Shown: positions 39,393 through 52,614 of the stretch, piece by piece | How the letters are laid out: each line of letters opens with the position of its first letter | How positions within the stretch are numbered: the first letter of the stretch is position 1 | Origin: Octopus sinensis | Taxonomy: Eukaryota | Assembly: GCF_006345805.1 (NCBI RefSeq) | Contig: NC_043015.1 | Span: 41,168,001 to 41,232,000, forward strand | DNA: 64,000 bases | Direction of reading: 5' to 3' | Made by a program: the position numbers and the translations under genes | The notes under the pieces: generated by a model | The model's database searches: none | What the model saw: only the letters and a program-made list of their open reading frames with translations | What the model was told of the DNA's origin: nothing

Positions 39393-40015
39393 TGTGTGCC
39401 TTTGTGTGTGCCTTTGTGTATGGCTTTATGCATGTGATCTCAATTGTTCATGTAACTCTGTATGACAGGTGCTGCTTTGTATGGTCAGTTTCAACATGTA
39501 TGACCCTTTTCTGAATTGCTATGTTTATATATATATATATATCTTTGTGTATACTTTTGTGTGTTTGAATTTGTGTAGATGTCTATATTAGAATGAGTGT
39601 GTGTATGTCTAAACGTGTGTGCGTATGTTTAGTGTTGGCATGTGCAAGCAAATAAATACGAAGGTGTGCAATGTGCATGTGGACACATGTAAACATGGGC
39701 ATGCATATAAATGCTCATGTACACAAACGTTTGCACATTTTCTCCCTTACACTAGAGAGGTTCTAACTCCTTACAAAATGAATGTAAACAAGGTTAGTAT
39801 GATTCTTGTGATGTTAGATTTTCCAGAATTGTTTCACTGATGCAGTCTTGTATGGTGCTGTGTCCTGCAGGAATTCTTCTTTTCTTTTCTTTTTTTATGA
39901 TTTTGTCCCAAACATGGTTTGAGGTTATTGTAGTATAAGGGACTACAAAGAAAAAAAAAGAAGGGGGCCTACAAATTCAAATGATGTAAATTGGCAGAAA
40001 GCTTATAGGACTGGA

Positions 40016-40431
40016 AGGCGGCGAGCTGGCAGAAATGTTAGCACACCGGACGAAATGCTTAGCAGTATTTCGTTTGCTGCTACATTCTGAGTTCAAATTC
40101 TGCCGAGGTCAACTCTGCCTTTCATTCTTTTGGGGTCGATTAAATAAGTACCAGTTACACACTGGGGTCGATATAATCAACATAATCCCTTTGTCTGTCC
40201 TTGTTTGTTCCCTCTGTGTTGAGCCCCTTGTGGGTAGTCAAGAAATAGGTATTTCCTCTACCGTTATGTTCTAAGTTCAAATTCCACCAAGGTCGACTTT
40301 GCCTTTCATCTTTTTGGGGTTGATAAATTAAGTACCAGTTACGCACTGGGCTCGACGTAATTGACTTAAACCCTTTGTCTGTCCTTTTTTGTCCCCACTG
40401 TGTTTATCCCCTTGTGGGCAATAAAGAAACA
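40016..40431 (+). mobile_element. SINE B dimer
   Basis: 20-bp TSD AGAAAGCTTATAGGACTGGA at 39996 and 40432. Confidence 0.92.
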
Positions 40432-40644
40432 AGAAAGCTTATAGGACTGGATATTGTAGACCAAAGGAAAACATGACTATAATTGTGAGGTCTAGAGAGC
40501 AGAAATTTCAGGAAGGAAACTACCAGAATAAAAAGCAGGATGAAAATAAGAGGAAATTCAACAGAGAAATGATGAGGCTGGGAAAGGAAGTGAATGATGG
40601 GTTTAAAATTAGGTGACGATGAATTTATTTAATCCTTTAGTATT

Positions 40645-40982
40645 TAGTTAGTTAGTTAGTTAGTTAGTTAATTTTTGGCTCAAAAAGCAAAAAGCAAGGC
40701 CATGTAGGGGGACATGGAGTTACATACAGGGTGGTGTTCATGTAAAGAGTTCAGGCCACTTGAGGTCAAAGGAGACTTTGAACAAAGCGGTCGTCGGCAT
40801 CTTCACCATCTCGTCCAGCAGCTTGTTCCACGGATCCGCAACCTGGATGGAGAAAGCCCCTCTCCTTCGATTGAGATGAAATCGTCGCAGATAGAGCTTT
40901 TCGAAATGACCCCGCATCCAACGCTCAGGAGCAGGAGTGAAGAACAGCTCTTTCGAGAGATTACACTTTCCGCTTATGATGT
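40645..40982 (-). mobile_element. CR1-clade LINE 3' end
   Basis: ELFFTPAPERWMRGHFEKLYLRRFHLNRRRGAFSIQVADPWNKL; (TAAC)n tail. Confidence 0.85.
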
Positions 40983-40984
40983 AG

Positions 40985-41204
40985 TATTCAGGTTACCCTC
41001 TCTCAAATGTTATATTTATTTACTCGTATTGCTTTGGCTTAATCATTTATTGTCTCAAAGCTTTGAGATTTCAGTGATGCAAGTATTTAGTTTTAGAATG
41101 ACAATGTAGGGTAGGTGTGAGAGGCTGGATCTGGTCAGTTTGAACATAAAGCAAGTAGATTATTTTGGCCGGATATGACTGGTTTTAAATGCTAAAGAGT
41201 TTAA
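40985..41204 (+). mobile_element. Second MITE family ending AAATGCTAAAG(A/G)G..TTAA
   Basis: Related copies at 3135-3260 and 26730-27200. Confidence 0.6.
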
Positions 41205-41336
41205 GGTCTCAGTCAGTGGAACGGGACTGAACCCCGTAATCCTCATGACTCCTTCGGACACTCTTGAGACTGACGAGGTTTAATGTTTAATTTTTTTCAG
41301 TTTTTTTTTCTTTTGTTTTTTTTTTTATTTAACAAT

Positions 41337-41473
41337 GGCGCAGGAGTGGCTGTGTGGTAAGTAGCTTGCTAACCAACCACATGGTTCCGGGTTCATTCCT
41401 ACTGCATAGCATCTTGGGCAAGTGTCTTCTACTATAGCTTCAGGCCGACCAAAGCCTGTCGTATATATATGTA

Positions 41474-41515
<42 letters not shown>

Positions 41516-41540
41516 GTATATATATGTATATATATGTATA

Positions 41541-41589
<49 letters not shown>

Positions 41590-41788
41590 GCGTGTGTGTG
41601 TTTGTGTGTCTGTGTCTGTCCCCCTAGCATTGCTTGACAACCAATGCTGGTGTGTTTACCGATAGAGACCGATAGAATAAGTACTGGGCTTACAAAGAAT
41701 AAGTCCCGGGGTCGAGTTGCTCGACTAAAGGCGGTGCTCCAGCATGGCCGCAGTCAAATGACTGAAACAAGTAAAAGAGTAAAAGAGT
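41337..41788 (+). mobile_element. SINE A with internal deletions
   Basis: Head, expanded (TA)n, tail. Confidence 0.88.
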
Positions 41789-41934
41789 AATTGTAAGCTG
41801 CAGATGGCAGGAAGGGAATTCTAGGAAGGAGGGCAGAATGATGCTATAGGAAGGAAAAAAAATGTTAAGGATCAGTGGTTTAGATATGGTAGGGGTCGAG
41901 TGGGAGGCTTGCATGATTGCTGAGAGAAGAGACG

Positions 41935-41966
41935 GGTGTGTGTGTGTGTGTGTTTGTGTGTGTGTT

Positions 41967-42033
<67 letters not shown>

Positions 42034-42116
42034 TTGTGTGTGTGTGTTTGTGTGTGTGTGTGTTTGTGTGTGTTTGTGTGTGTGTATGTGTTTGTGTGTG
42101 TGTGTGTGTGTGTGTG
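41935..42116. repeat. (TG)n microsatellite with periodic TTTG
   Basis: Direct inspection. Confidence 0.95.
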
Positions 42117-42562
42117 AGCGGTGGATGAACATCTTTGTAATATTCTGTAGTTTTTGGCATTTTTTGATCCTTGTCTGTACCATTTTATGGTGTGTGTAAT
42201 TTGTGGTAATGGTGGTGGGAATGAGCATTGGTGTACTTACACCAGTGGTGGTGGTCGTGGTGGGGTTGTGATTGTGTGTGTGTGTGTGTGGTAAAACAGC
42301 TGGCATGGTGGTTGTGATGCATGAACATCCTGGAGGTCTGGTGGTGGGTGTGTAGATGGATGCTGTGTGTGTGTGTGTGTGTGTGTGTCTGTGGGGGTGG
42401 CCAGTAGGGCAGCTGATTGTGGAGTTTTGAACCTAAAAAAATCTCTGAAGGTCACACATCCCTGTTGCATGGTGTCTGGCGAGGAGGAAGAGGAACATAA
42501 GTGAGAGAGTAGCGTGTGTGTCTGTATGTGTGTGTGTGTATCTGTATGTGTGTGTGTGTATC

Positions 42563-42601
<39 letters not shown>

Positions 42602-42859
42602 ATGGCTGCATGTGTGTGTGGGTGTAGAGAAAAAGATGATACAATAGAACAGGAATTTTGGCTCTTTGAAGAATCAGACATGACTTGGTGCTGGAGACGG
42701 TGATGTTTGCAGTGGTCTGGTGGTGGTGGTTGTGGTGATTGTAGTGGTATTAGCAATGGTAGTGGTGGTTGTTATTTAACCCCAGGTCGACTCTGATTTG
42801 AGCAGACCCATGACAAAAAGTACTCCAACCATGCTCATCATGTTTATATATACATACAT

Positions 42860-43252
42860 ATATATAGTCTCTAAAGCTGAAGTTGTCTGTGTATGGCAGG
42901 TTTGGTAGCCTTCAACTAACACTATCTCCTCCGAGACCCTCTGCGCAAGTTGACCAAAATTCAGAGTATGATAGAAGAAGGCTTGCTCTTCCTTCCGTAG
43001 AAGAAAAATATTCAAATCGAACCATGTTAACACCAAAAATTATTTACATCAAAAAGGTGCTTTTTTTCTATGAAAATCCCTATTTTTACGATTTTTTGAC
43101 TGCTGTGTTGCCATTTTTCGGTGTATTTCAACCAGAAAAATGTTCACTCAAAGAGAATAACAAGCTACATAATGAAAACATTTTTACTTTTCAAAAATTC
43201 CAATTCTAAAGGGTCGAAACAAACCCGAGCAAAGGCCGGGCAATGCTGCTAG
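42860..43252 (+). mobile_element. Non-autonomous Helitron, third subfamily
   Basis: 3' AAACCCGAGCAAAGGCCGGGC...CTAG|T; 5' end degenerate. Confidence 0.65.
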
Positions 43253-43863
43253 TTATAAAATATAGTAGAACTTTTTTAAACATTGCATGGCTATGAGGGT
43301 CCACCCAATTAATATAGTACTCAAAGGGGTACACAGGCAAAAAAAAAACAGTTGAGAATCACTGCAGTAGACAAACAGGTCTTCTGATAAAAGTTGTCTG
43401 GTTTTCCTTCCTTTATTTCTGGTTTTTGCTATTATTTATGCCACAATTCTATCATTTTTTTTGGGAGTTTATGTATTTTGATTTATATTTATTTATTTCT
43501 GTTGATTTCAGTTTTGAGTGAGAGTGATAAATGATGAGTGACTGTGATTGAATGGATCCAATTTGATAGGCCACCATATGCAAGACTGAAAATGTTCATA
43601 CACACGTCGGTGTGTGTGTGTGTGTACATATAATGTGTGTGTATTAGTGTCTATACACACACACACAGAGTTGTTTGGCAAAAGAGACCTATAGAATGAA
43701 TATGAGGTTAAAGGAAAAAGTACCGAATTTGATTCCTTCAACCAAAATCCGTCAGGGCTGTGCCCCAGCATGGCCACAGTTTAATGACTGAAATGTATTT
43801 CAATAAAATTAATTTAAAATTTTCATGAAATCCACAGATATACGAACATGTAGGTAAATCAGT

Positions 43864-44102
43864 ACATGTGTGTATAAGTAGATATATATACATTTGTGTA
43901 TGCATGTGTGTATAAGTAGATATATATACATTTGTGTGTATGCATGTGTGTATAAGTAGATATATACATTTGTGTGTATGCATGTGTGTATAAGTAGACA
44001 TATATACATTTGTGTGTATGCATGTGTGTATAAGTAGATATATATACATTTGTGTGTATGCATGTGTGTATAAGTAGACATATATACATTTGTGTGTATG
44101 CA
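43864..44102. repeat. 40-bp minisatellite x6
   Basis: CATGTGTGTATAAGTAGA(C/T)ATATATACATTTGTGTGTATG. Confidence 0.95.
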
Positions 44103-44320
44103 GTAATGGAAAAGTATGTCAAACTCTGCGTCCGTTGCTATATTCAGTCACAAAAAGATAAGAATTTTGTAATTCCGTGATGTTATATAAGACAATGTCG
44201 TGCCAGTTCTAGGCTTTGGTCTTCGGTTATCAGTCTTGGCGGAATGACTCAAAAACAGGTGAAGAGAATGGTAGAGAGGAAGTATGCAGTCAAAGACTAA
44301 CTTTAGTCATGAAGATGGTT

Positions 44321-44382
<62 letters not shown>

Positions 44383-44521
44383 CACACGGTCGCTCTCTCA
44401 CCCCCATACCCCACTCCCACCACCCCGCCTCGGATGGACTGCCAACCAATACAGGCTTTGTTTAAAGTTTGCCAAAGTTTTTATATTTTTTTTTGGTACC
44501 CTCCTACACAGGCAACACGCT

Positions 44522-44700
44522 CATTCACACACACACACACACACACACAGATTCACACCCATACACACATTCACATCCACACACACACACACACACACAC
44601 AGATTCACACCCATACACACATTCACATCCACACACACACACACACACACACAGATTCACACCCATACACACATTCACATCCACACACACACATTCACAC
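44522..44700. repeat. ~52-bp CA-rich minisatellite x3
   Basis: CAGATTCACACCCATACACACATTCACATC(CA)n. Confidence 0.9.
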
Positions 44701-45721
44701 ACATATACACATACATTCACACATATATATGCATGCAGTTCTATGCATACATAGATTTCATTATATACATACATTTTATATACACTCTGAATACACACTA
44801 CGGCATTACACAGGTACTTCATATAGCCCACTGTCCACCACTCACTCATTACACACACACACACACACACACACATCATGTGACATACCACATGCACATG
44901 CATATATATATATACATACATACACACACACATTTTTCATGTATCGTATCATACCACGTCACACACACACACACATACATGCTTCTATTCCTTACACACC
45001 ATACCACATTATCACACACACACACCATTTTCTCTGTTACATCTTGTAAAAGTATATTCTTATCAGTTTGTGACCAGCTGTGTGTATATATTTGTGGTGG
45101 GGAGGGGGCCTGCAGTGTGTGAGTATGTGTATGTATATACATACGTATGCATGAGTGGCTATACATGTCCATATGCATGCGTTCATGTGTGTGTGTGTGT
45201 GTCTACCATTAATAGATCTGATGAATTAGTATTAGACGTTGTGAGGAGGGAAGCGGTGTTATTTTTGGATATTCTTGTTGTGATAACTTCACATGGTTCC
45301 GTTCTTTTGGTGAATGTTTGGCAATTTCTTTATTCCTGGCTCCACTATCGCAATTCCGTTTTCACCACCTACACACCACAAACGACCATTCTTACCTTAG
45401 CCTTTTGATCAAGCAAACTGAATGTTAATGGATTTATTTATTCCTGGATCTGATAACACAATTCCAATTTCACCATTTAAGGATTGCATTTAAAGCCCAG
45501 TTCCATGGACATCATATGAGAAGAAAGGGCTTTGAGCTTTTGGTTATAAATGGTGCAAGCGTGGCTGTGTGGTAAGTTTGTTTCCCAATCACATAGTTTC
45601 AGGTTCAGTCCCATTGTGTGGTACCTAATAATGAAAGATATTATCTATAATAAAATATAAATTTAAATATTTTATTAATATTGTATTAAAAATTACTATA
45701 CTAAATAATTCACATTAAATC

Positions 45722-45828
45722 GACTACACGCGTTTCGTAACGAAATATTCAAATCGACAATATCAAAATCGATAATCTCAAAAATTAATATTTCTTTGAT
45801 CCAACGATACATAGCCACTCTTCAGGTC
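45722..45828 (-). ncRNA. Type I hammerhead ribozyme motif with long stem II insert
   Basis: Minus strand: GAC-CUGAAGA-GUGGC...(~70 nt)...GUUAC-GAAAC-GCGU-GUA-GUC. Stem I GAC/GUC, stem II 5 bp, minimal stem III, GUA triplet; abuts (TA)n. Confidence 0.7.
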
Positions 45829-46099
45829 CATATATATATAATCAAATCAAATAATTCAACAATAAAATTAATAACAACAAACAACAAGAGGACATGCACA
45901 AGGAGTGTATTAGTTTGACTGTCAGTAAAAGGAGTTTTTGATGTTTTGAGTATAGCTTTTTCATCGGAAAGGAAAAAAGGGAAAAGTCCAAAGAAGGAAA
46001 ATAAATCACCAACAGCACATGTGTGTAGTTATGTACATGTGTGTGTGTGTATACATATATATATATATGGGCTTGCTGTTTAAGATTACGAATGCTGGA

Positions 46100-46460
46100 A
46101 TAGCATGATTGATGAGGTAGATAGCTATGTTTACCTGGGAAAGATGGTGACAAAAGATAGAAATCTCCTCCTGGAGATCAAGAGAAAAGCCGTGCTTGGT
46201 TGGGCAGCCTTTGGGAAGATAAAATATCTCGTTAGAAGTCCAAAGACTTCCAGGAAAATTAAGAGATATGTCTTTGAGTCCATCGTGCCAGTATTGATTT
46301 ATGGCAGTGAAACATGAACCCTTAACACTACCATCATGAATGCCCTCATTGGAGCCTGACGTAAATTGGAATGAATCTTGCTCAGCATCACATGGTGGAA
46401 CAAGAAAACCAATAACTGGATCATACAGCATGCGAGTCAATGGCACCATATGAACCATTT
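46100..46460 (+). mobile_element. RTE-clade LINE RT fragment
   Basis: IDEVDSYVYLGKMV..EIKRK..GWAAFGK..VFESIVPVLIYGSET*. Confidence 0.85.
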
Positions 46461-47230
46461 GAGGTGGTATTTAATTGCATATACAGGATTTTCCATTTTA
46501 GTTTTGAACCAGTCTCTTAGTTCGATTCCAGCTTAGTACAAAGTCCAAATCTGCGAATTAAGACAGCTGACAATGATTGGTGAGTGGCATGATTGGAACG
46601 TGGTGTAGATACAATCATTGTAACGGAATGTTTCATTATGAAAAAGAGATGAGATTTAATAGTCTGGAAAGTCGGCATTATTAATCAGAAATCACGGCAG
46701 ACATGTATTCCAGCTATCTTCCACTCCTCCAACCCCGCCACGCCACCCACCGCAGACAACCATTCTTACTTTAGCATTTGATTGAGTTAGTTAAGTGCTG
46801 ATGGGAATATTTATTCTTGGCTCCAACACCCACGATTCCAGCTATTTTCTGCTTCTCACACAAAACCCATTCTCGGCTAAGTTAATCAAGTGGGAAAAAT
46901 AAATGGCAATGCTATCTGCAGAAGTTTGGCGATGGGTAACCGGCGATGTATCGATTGCCAAATTATCCTGGCACCAACTCGCTTCCAGTGTCAAGAATTT
47001 ATGTATTTTTATCAGATGCTATAAATCATAGTGGGCATACTTGTGTGTGCGTATCAATCTGTGTGTGTGTGTGTGTCGATGACTGTTAATGTGTGCGATA
47101 TGTATGGCTGGGGGTCAGTGACTGTGTGTGTTTACAGTGGGGTTACTGTGTGTATTTGTATGCTACTGTGTGGCTCTGTTTGAATGGAATTACTCATCAG
47201 CGGGGTGGTCATGGTGGGTGGTATTGTGTG

Positions 47231-47537
47231 CACGCCAGGCGAAATGCGTAGCCGTATTTCGTCTGCCGTTACGTTCTGAGTTCAAATTATGCCGAGGTCG
47301 ACTTTGCCTTTCATCCTTTCAGGGTCGATAAATTAAGTACCAGTTACGCACTGGGGTCAATATAATCGACTTAATCCATTTGTCCCCTCTGTGTTTAGCC
47401 CCTTGTAGGTAGTAAAGAAATAGGTATTTCGTTTCTGCCTTTACGTTCTGAGTTCAAATTATACTCGACTTAATCCGTTTGTCTGTCCTTGTTTGTCCCC
47501 TCTGTGTTTAGCCCCTTGTGGGTAGTAAAGAAATAGG
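47231..47537 (+). mobile_element. SINE B dimer, 5'-truncated
   Basis: TSD-like GTA(T/C)TGTGTGCAC on both sides. Confidence 0.85.
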
Positions 47538-48884
47538 TACTGTGTGCACATGGTATACGTGCATGCATGTATAACTGTATGAGTGAGATGTAGTATGCGT
47601 GTGTATTGCTATGTGTGTGTGTGTGTGTGTTGCCATGTGTGTGTGTGTTATCTGTGCATTTGCAAGTCACAGTATATGTATATAATTTTGTGAAGGCACT
47701 TGGCCTAGTGGTTAGCATGTTTAGCTCACATTCATAAGGTCATGATTTCAATTCCTGGATTAGGATCACATTGTGTCCTTGGGCAAGTCACTTCATTTTA
47801 TGTTACTCCAGTCTACTCAATTGTAAATAAGTACCAGCCTAATGACTGCATTGCCCTCCCTCACTCCAGCTGTCATATTCTCAATGTCCTGCTGGGTGTT
47901 TTGGCCCCCAAAGTGGGACCCTTTCCCTTAAACAACATTCCAGGTTTAGGAAGCTGTTACCTGTGTCAGAGACAAAATTGGCCTTGAGAATCATGATGTC
48001 CATAGTTTTTGGCATATTTAGAAAAAAAATTCTTAAAAAAAATTTTACAAAGATCTTTGAAAATTTTTTTTCAGAATCATAATCTCCGTATTTTCCCGCA
48101 TATTTTGGGGGGGAAAATTGCGAAAAGAGTTAAAAATGAAGGAAATGGAGGTGGGAATTTAGAAATGTCGATTTTTGCCAATTTTTTTGCAAATTCGCAT
48201 TCCCTGTAACTGAAAAGGGGATAGTGTGTGTGTGTGTGTGGGGGGATTTAAAGGGTGTTTGGGTGAGGGGGCGAAGTCTTGCCTATATTGTTGATCACAA
48301 AATGCACAATACATAGAAAAAAAAATATATATATATATATATATAGTCACCATATAGCCTTTAGTATATTATGGTATGTTAGAGCAGGGTAGCAAGGGGA
48401 AGGAACTTGTGTGTTTTTTTCCTGTCAATGACAAGCCCCCCCCTCACTTTAACCACATTACATATAGAAATTGTGTATTGAAAGTTTGTGTGTCTATAAA
48501 GGTTTTCATTGAGATACCATGGTTGTCGATCAAAATATTTTTACATACCCCTGCCACCACTGTCTCTCTCTCACACACACACAGAGAAAATAAAACTAGT
48601 GGTCACTCCCCCCCCTCCTCATCCATCCCACCTTCTGTCGTCATAAACAATTATCAATATCAATGTATTCATGATGCATCCTGGGGCGGTGGTGGTGGGG
48701 GATTGGCTGTTGAATACAAACCCGCCCTACCCTCGCACATATCTACATACATATATATATTACATGATTAATACACACACTGTATCTCTACACAAATGCA
48801 TACTTTTATATGGAAATATGTGTGTGTGCGTGCATGTATAGTTGTGTTTGTATATAGTGCTTGCTGACATATATACATGTATAT

Positions 48885-48916
<32 letters not shown>

Positions 48917-48944
48917 CATAACTAAAGTGTATGTATATACATAT

Positions 48945-48979
<35 letters not shown>

Positions 48980-49012
48980 CATACATAACTAAAGTGTATG
49001 TATATACATATG

Positions 49013-49053
<41 letters not shown>

Positions 49054-49640
49054 AATCAAACTGAGAAATACAATTGATAATCTGACAATTTATTACATTA
49101 TAATATAATACAGGATAAAATAACCAATTTAAAAAAAAATACAAATAAAAACAAGCAATGTTTAAGCATCTAAACTTAGCATATACTTATATACCTATAC
49201 ATATATTTGTGTGTCTTTCCTTACTGACAAAATGGCTGATTGTTGGTAAGGAAAGACACACAAATAATAAGGAAGAAAGCAAAGGACCTCTGATGAGGTC
49301 ACAGGAGTGTGATGAAAGAACTATGGCTGAAATACGATTAATGTAAAAAATAAAATAAAGCTGAAGCAAGTGAACACCAAATATATAGTGTGTGTGTTTT
49401 CATTGGCTAAACTGGCTACATGGCCATCCCTACATACAACAAATATATATATAAAATCTTGTTTCAGTCATTTTACCAGTGACCATGCTGGAGCACTGGT
49501 TTAAAAGGTTTTAGCCGAATCCATCACCTCCAGTACTTTTAAAGCCTGGCATTTAGTCACTCTCTTTTTCCAAACCACAAAAGTTATGGGACATAAACAA
49601 ACCAGCACCAGTTGTCAGACAACTGTTAGCTACAAACAGA

Positions 49641-49684
<44 letters not shown>

Positions 49685-50559
49685 ACACAGACACACCAAA
49701 TCCGCTCACAAGGCTTTTGTTAGCCTGGGACTATAGTAGATGATCCTTGCCCACAGTGGGACTGAACCCATGCAGTGGGACTGAACCCAGAACCACGTGG
49801 TTGGGATGCAAGCTTTACTTTCTCCTTCTGCGTGTTGGCATGTGTTGCAAGGGTTTTCTGAAGCAGTGTATATTATTATTACACAGCTGGATGCCCTTCT
49901 TTATCACCAATCCTTTTAGTTATCTAAGTCAGCCCATTATGACACAGAGACCTGGTATGCATCCTCTAGGACCAGCGAACATGAAAATTATCTAATATAC
50001 AGGTAGATAGGTATTTCCTTATCGCCGATAAATATGATTCAGTTTTGCACAGAGGTGCAGCAATATTGCGTTTTGGAAACGACTGTAAGCATTGAATCTG
50101 ATGAAATAACAATGGTTTTCTTTTTCTGATATTTATAATCAAAATTGGTTAACACCGAAACATAAAACCCAGTGCATACAGTATTAAGTGCTCCCCAACC
50201 TTGTGATTTGGGGTTCAGTCCCACTGTGTGAGACACCCTGGGCAAGTGACTTCTATTATAGCCTCGGGTTGACCAAAGCCTTGTGAGTGGATTTGATAGA
50301 CTGAAACTGAAAGAAGCTTGTTTGTATATGCCCCAGCATGGCCACAGTCTTATGACTGAAAGGTGTGTAAGATATATTAATGTGTACTTGTTTTTGTGCT
50401 TGTCCACTACTTGGCAACCAGTGTTGGTTTGTTTGTGTTACTGTAACTTAGTAGTTCAGTAAAATAGACGAACAGAATAAGTACCAGACCTTTTTGTTTC
50501 TTTTCTTTTTAATACTGAACTTTACAAACAAGGCAAGAAGCCACTTAGTATAATATGGA

Positions 50560-50944
50560 TGGAAGCACTCCGTCGGTTACGACGACGAGGGTTCCGGTTG
50601 ATCCGAATCAACGGAACAGCCTGCTCGTGAAATTAACGTGTAAGTGGCTGAGCACTCCACAGACACGTGTACCCTTAACGTAGTTCTCGGGGATATTCAG
50701 CGTGACACAGAGAATGACAAGGCCGGCCCTTTGAAATACAGGTACAACAGAAACAGGAAGTAAGAGTGAGAGAAAGTTGTGGTGAAAGAGTACAGCAGGG
50801 TTCACCACCATCTCCTGCTGGAGCCTCGTGGAGCTTTAGGTGTTTTCGCTTAATAAACACTCACAATGCCCGGTCTGGGAATCGAAACTGCGATCCTATG
50901 ACCGCGAGACCGCTGCCCTAACCACTGGGCCATTGCGCCTCCAC
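50560..50944 (-). mobile_element. SINE C, tail type 3
   Basis: Same head, third 3' module. Confidence 0.85.
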
Positions 50945-50959
50945 TTGTATTATAAGAGA

Positions 50960-51340
50960 CTATGGAAAAGGAGATATTATGATGAAAGGAAGGAATTTAT
51001 TTTAGACTTGAAAGAGTTCAGGTCGTAAGGTGGAAGGAATAAAAAAGATGGAAGAGAGTTCCAGAGTCTGGCAGCTCGAGGATAAAAGGTACAACTGTAA
51101 AAAGACCTTCTTATTCTTGGAAGCGCAACAACAGCGTTCAGATGAAGACACTGTGGGTTCCAAGTCTCTGAGATTAAGAGAGAAAGTTCATCAGAACATT
51201 TCTTGTGGTAATAACAATAGAAAAGGCCAAGACGGACGATGTTCTATTGGCGCGACAAGGGTTGCTGTAGTGAAACCAAGGTAGTGGGTTGTAGGATTGA
51301 AACTGGGACCTCTGCAACATGAAGTAAGCTTTTAACCACT
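50960..51340 (-). mobile_element. CR1/L2-like LINE 3' end fossil
   Basis: FYPRAARLWNSLPSFLFLPPYDLNSFKSKINSFL*. Confidence 0.75.
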
Positions 51341-51439
51341 CGGCCACGCACACGTACGTGCACTCACACACACTAACATGTGAGAGAAGTCGGTGTAGAA
51401 AAAAGTATTTATGGAACAAATCTTTTGTGTATGCACCTC

Positions 51440-51795
51440 TCTTTTACTTGTTTCACTCATTTGACTGCGGCCATGCTGGAGCACCACCTTTAATCGAGCA
51501 ACTCGACCCCGGGACTTATTCTTTTGTAAGCCCAGTACTTATTATATTGGTCTCTTTTGCCGAAGCGCTAAGTTACGGGGACAGAAACACACCAGCATCG
51601 GTTGTCAAGCAATGCTAGGGGGACAAACACACACACACACACATACATATATATATATGCATATATACATACATATATATATATACACACATATATACGA
51701 CAGGCTTCTTTCAGTGTCTTCTGCTATAACCTCGAACCGACCAAAGCCTTGTGAGTGGATTTGGTAGATGGAAACTGAAAGAAGCCCGTAGTATA

Positions 51796-51830
<35 letters not shown>

Positions 51831-52072
51831 GTATACATTTGTGCGTCTATGTTTGTCTCCTCAATATCACTTGACAACCAATGCTGGTGTGTTTACGTCC
51901 CCGTCACTTAGCGGTTCGGCAAAAAGAGACCGATAGAATAAGTACTGGGCTTACAAAGAATAAGTCCCGGGGTCGATTTGCTCGACTAAAGGCGGTGCTC
52001 CAGCATGGCCGCAATCAAAGGCGGTGCTCCAGCATGGCTGCAATCAAATGACTGAAACAAGTAAAAGAGTAA
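51440..52072. mobile_element. Two fused, oppositely oriented SINE A 3' parts
   Basis: Minus copy 51440-51714 joined to plus copy 51714-52072. Confidence 0.85.
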
Positions 52073-52614
52073 AAAAAAAAAGAGTATACACACACATTAA
52101 ATGGCGGTGCCCCAGCATGGCCACAGCTCAAGAGCTGAAACTGGAAAACATAAACACACACACACACACACACACACACACTCCCCTTTGTATGTTGTGT
52201 ATGCTTATACATATATCTGTATGTATGTGTGAGTGTATGCACCAAAAAAAGTGAATACATATCTATGCGCACATAATACAAACACACGGACTGATGTATG
52301 TATGTATAGTAGGTCTGTGTATATAAAGAAATGCTAAGAAGTTGTTGTAGGCTTTGATTTCAGGAATAAAAGAGACCTTGTTGTCTACATTACAGTGATG
52401 TACATTCCTGAAATACTTTTTATATATAAGGCTCAGGCATGGCACTGTGGTAAACAGCTTGCTTCCCAACCACATGGTTCCAGGTTCAGTCCCACTGCGT
52501 GGCACCTTGGGCAAGTGTCTTCTACTATAGCCTCGAGCTGACCTCGGACAAGCCTTGTGAATCGATTTGGCAGATGGAAACTGAAAGAAGCCCATCGTGT
52601 ATGTAATAGGTCTT

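Noticed and set aside
41265-41290. CTGACGAG hammerhead-like box
   Set aside because: No stem II partner or GAAA box downstream.
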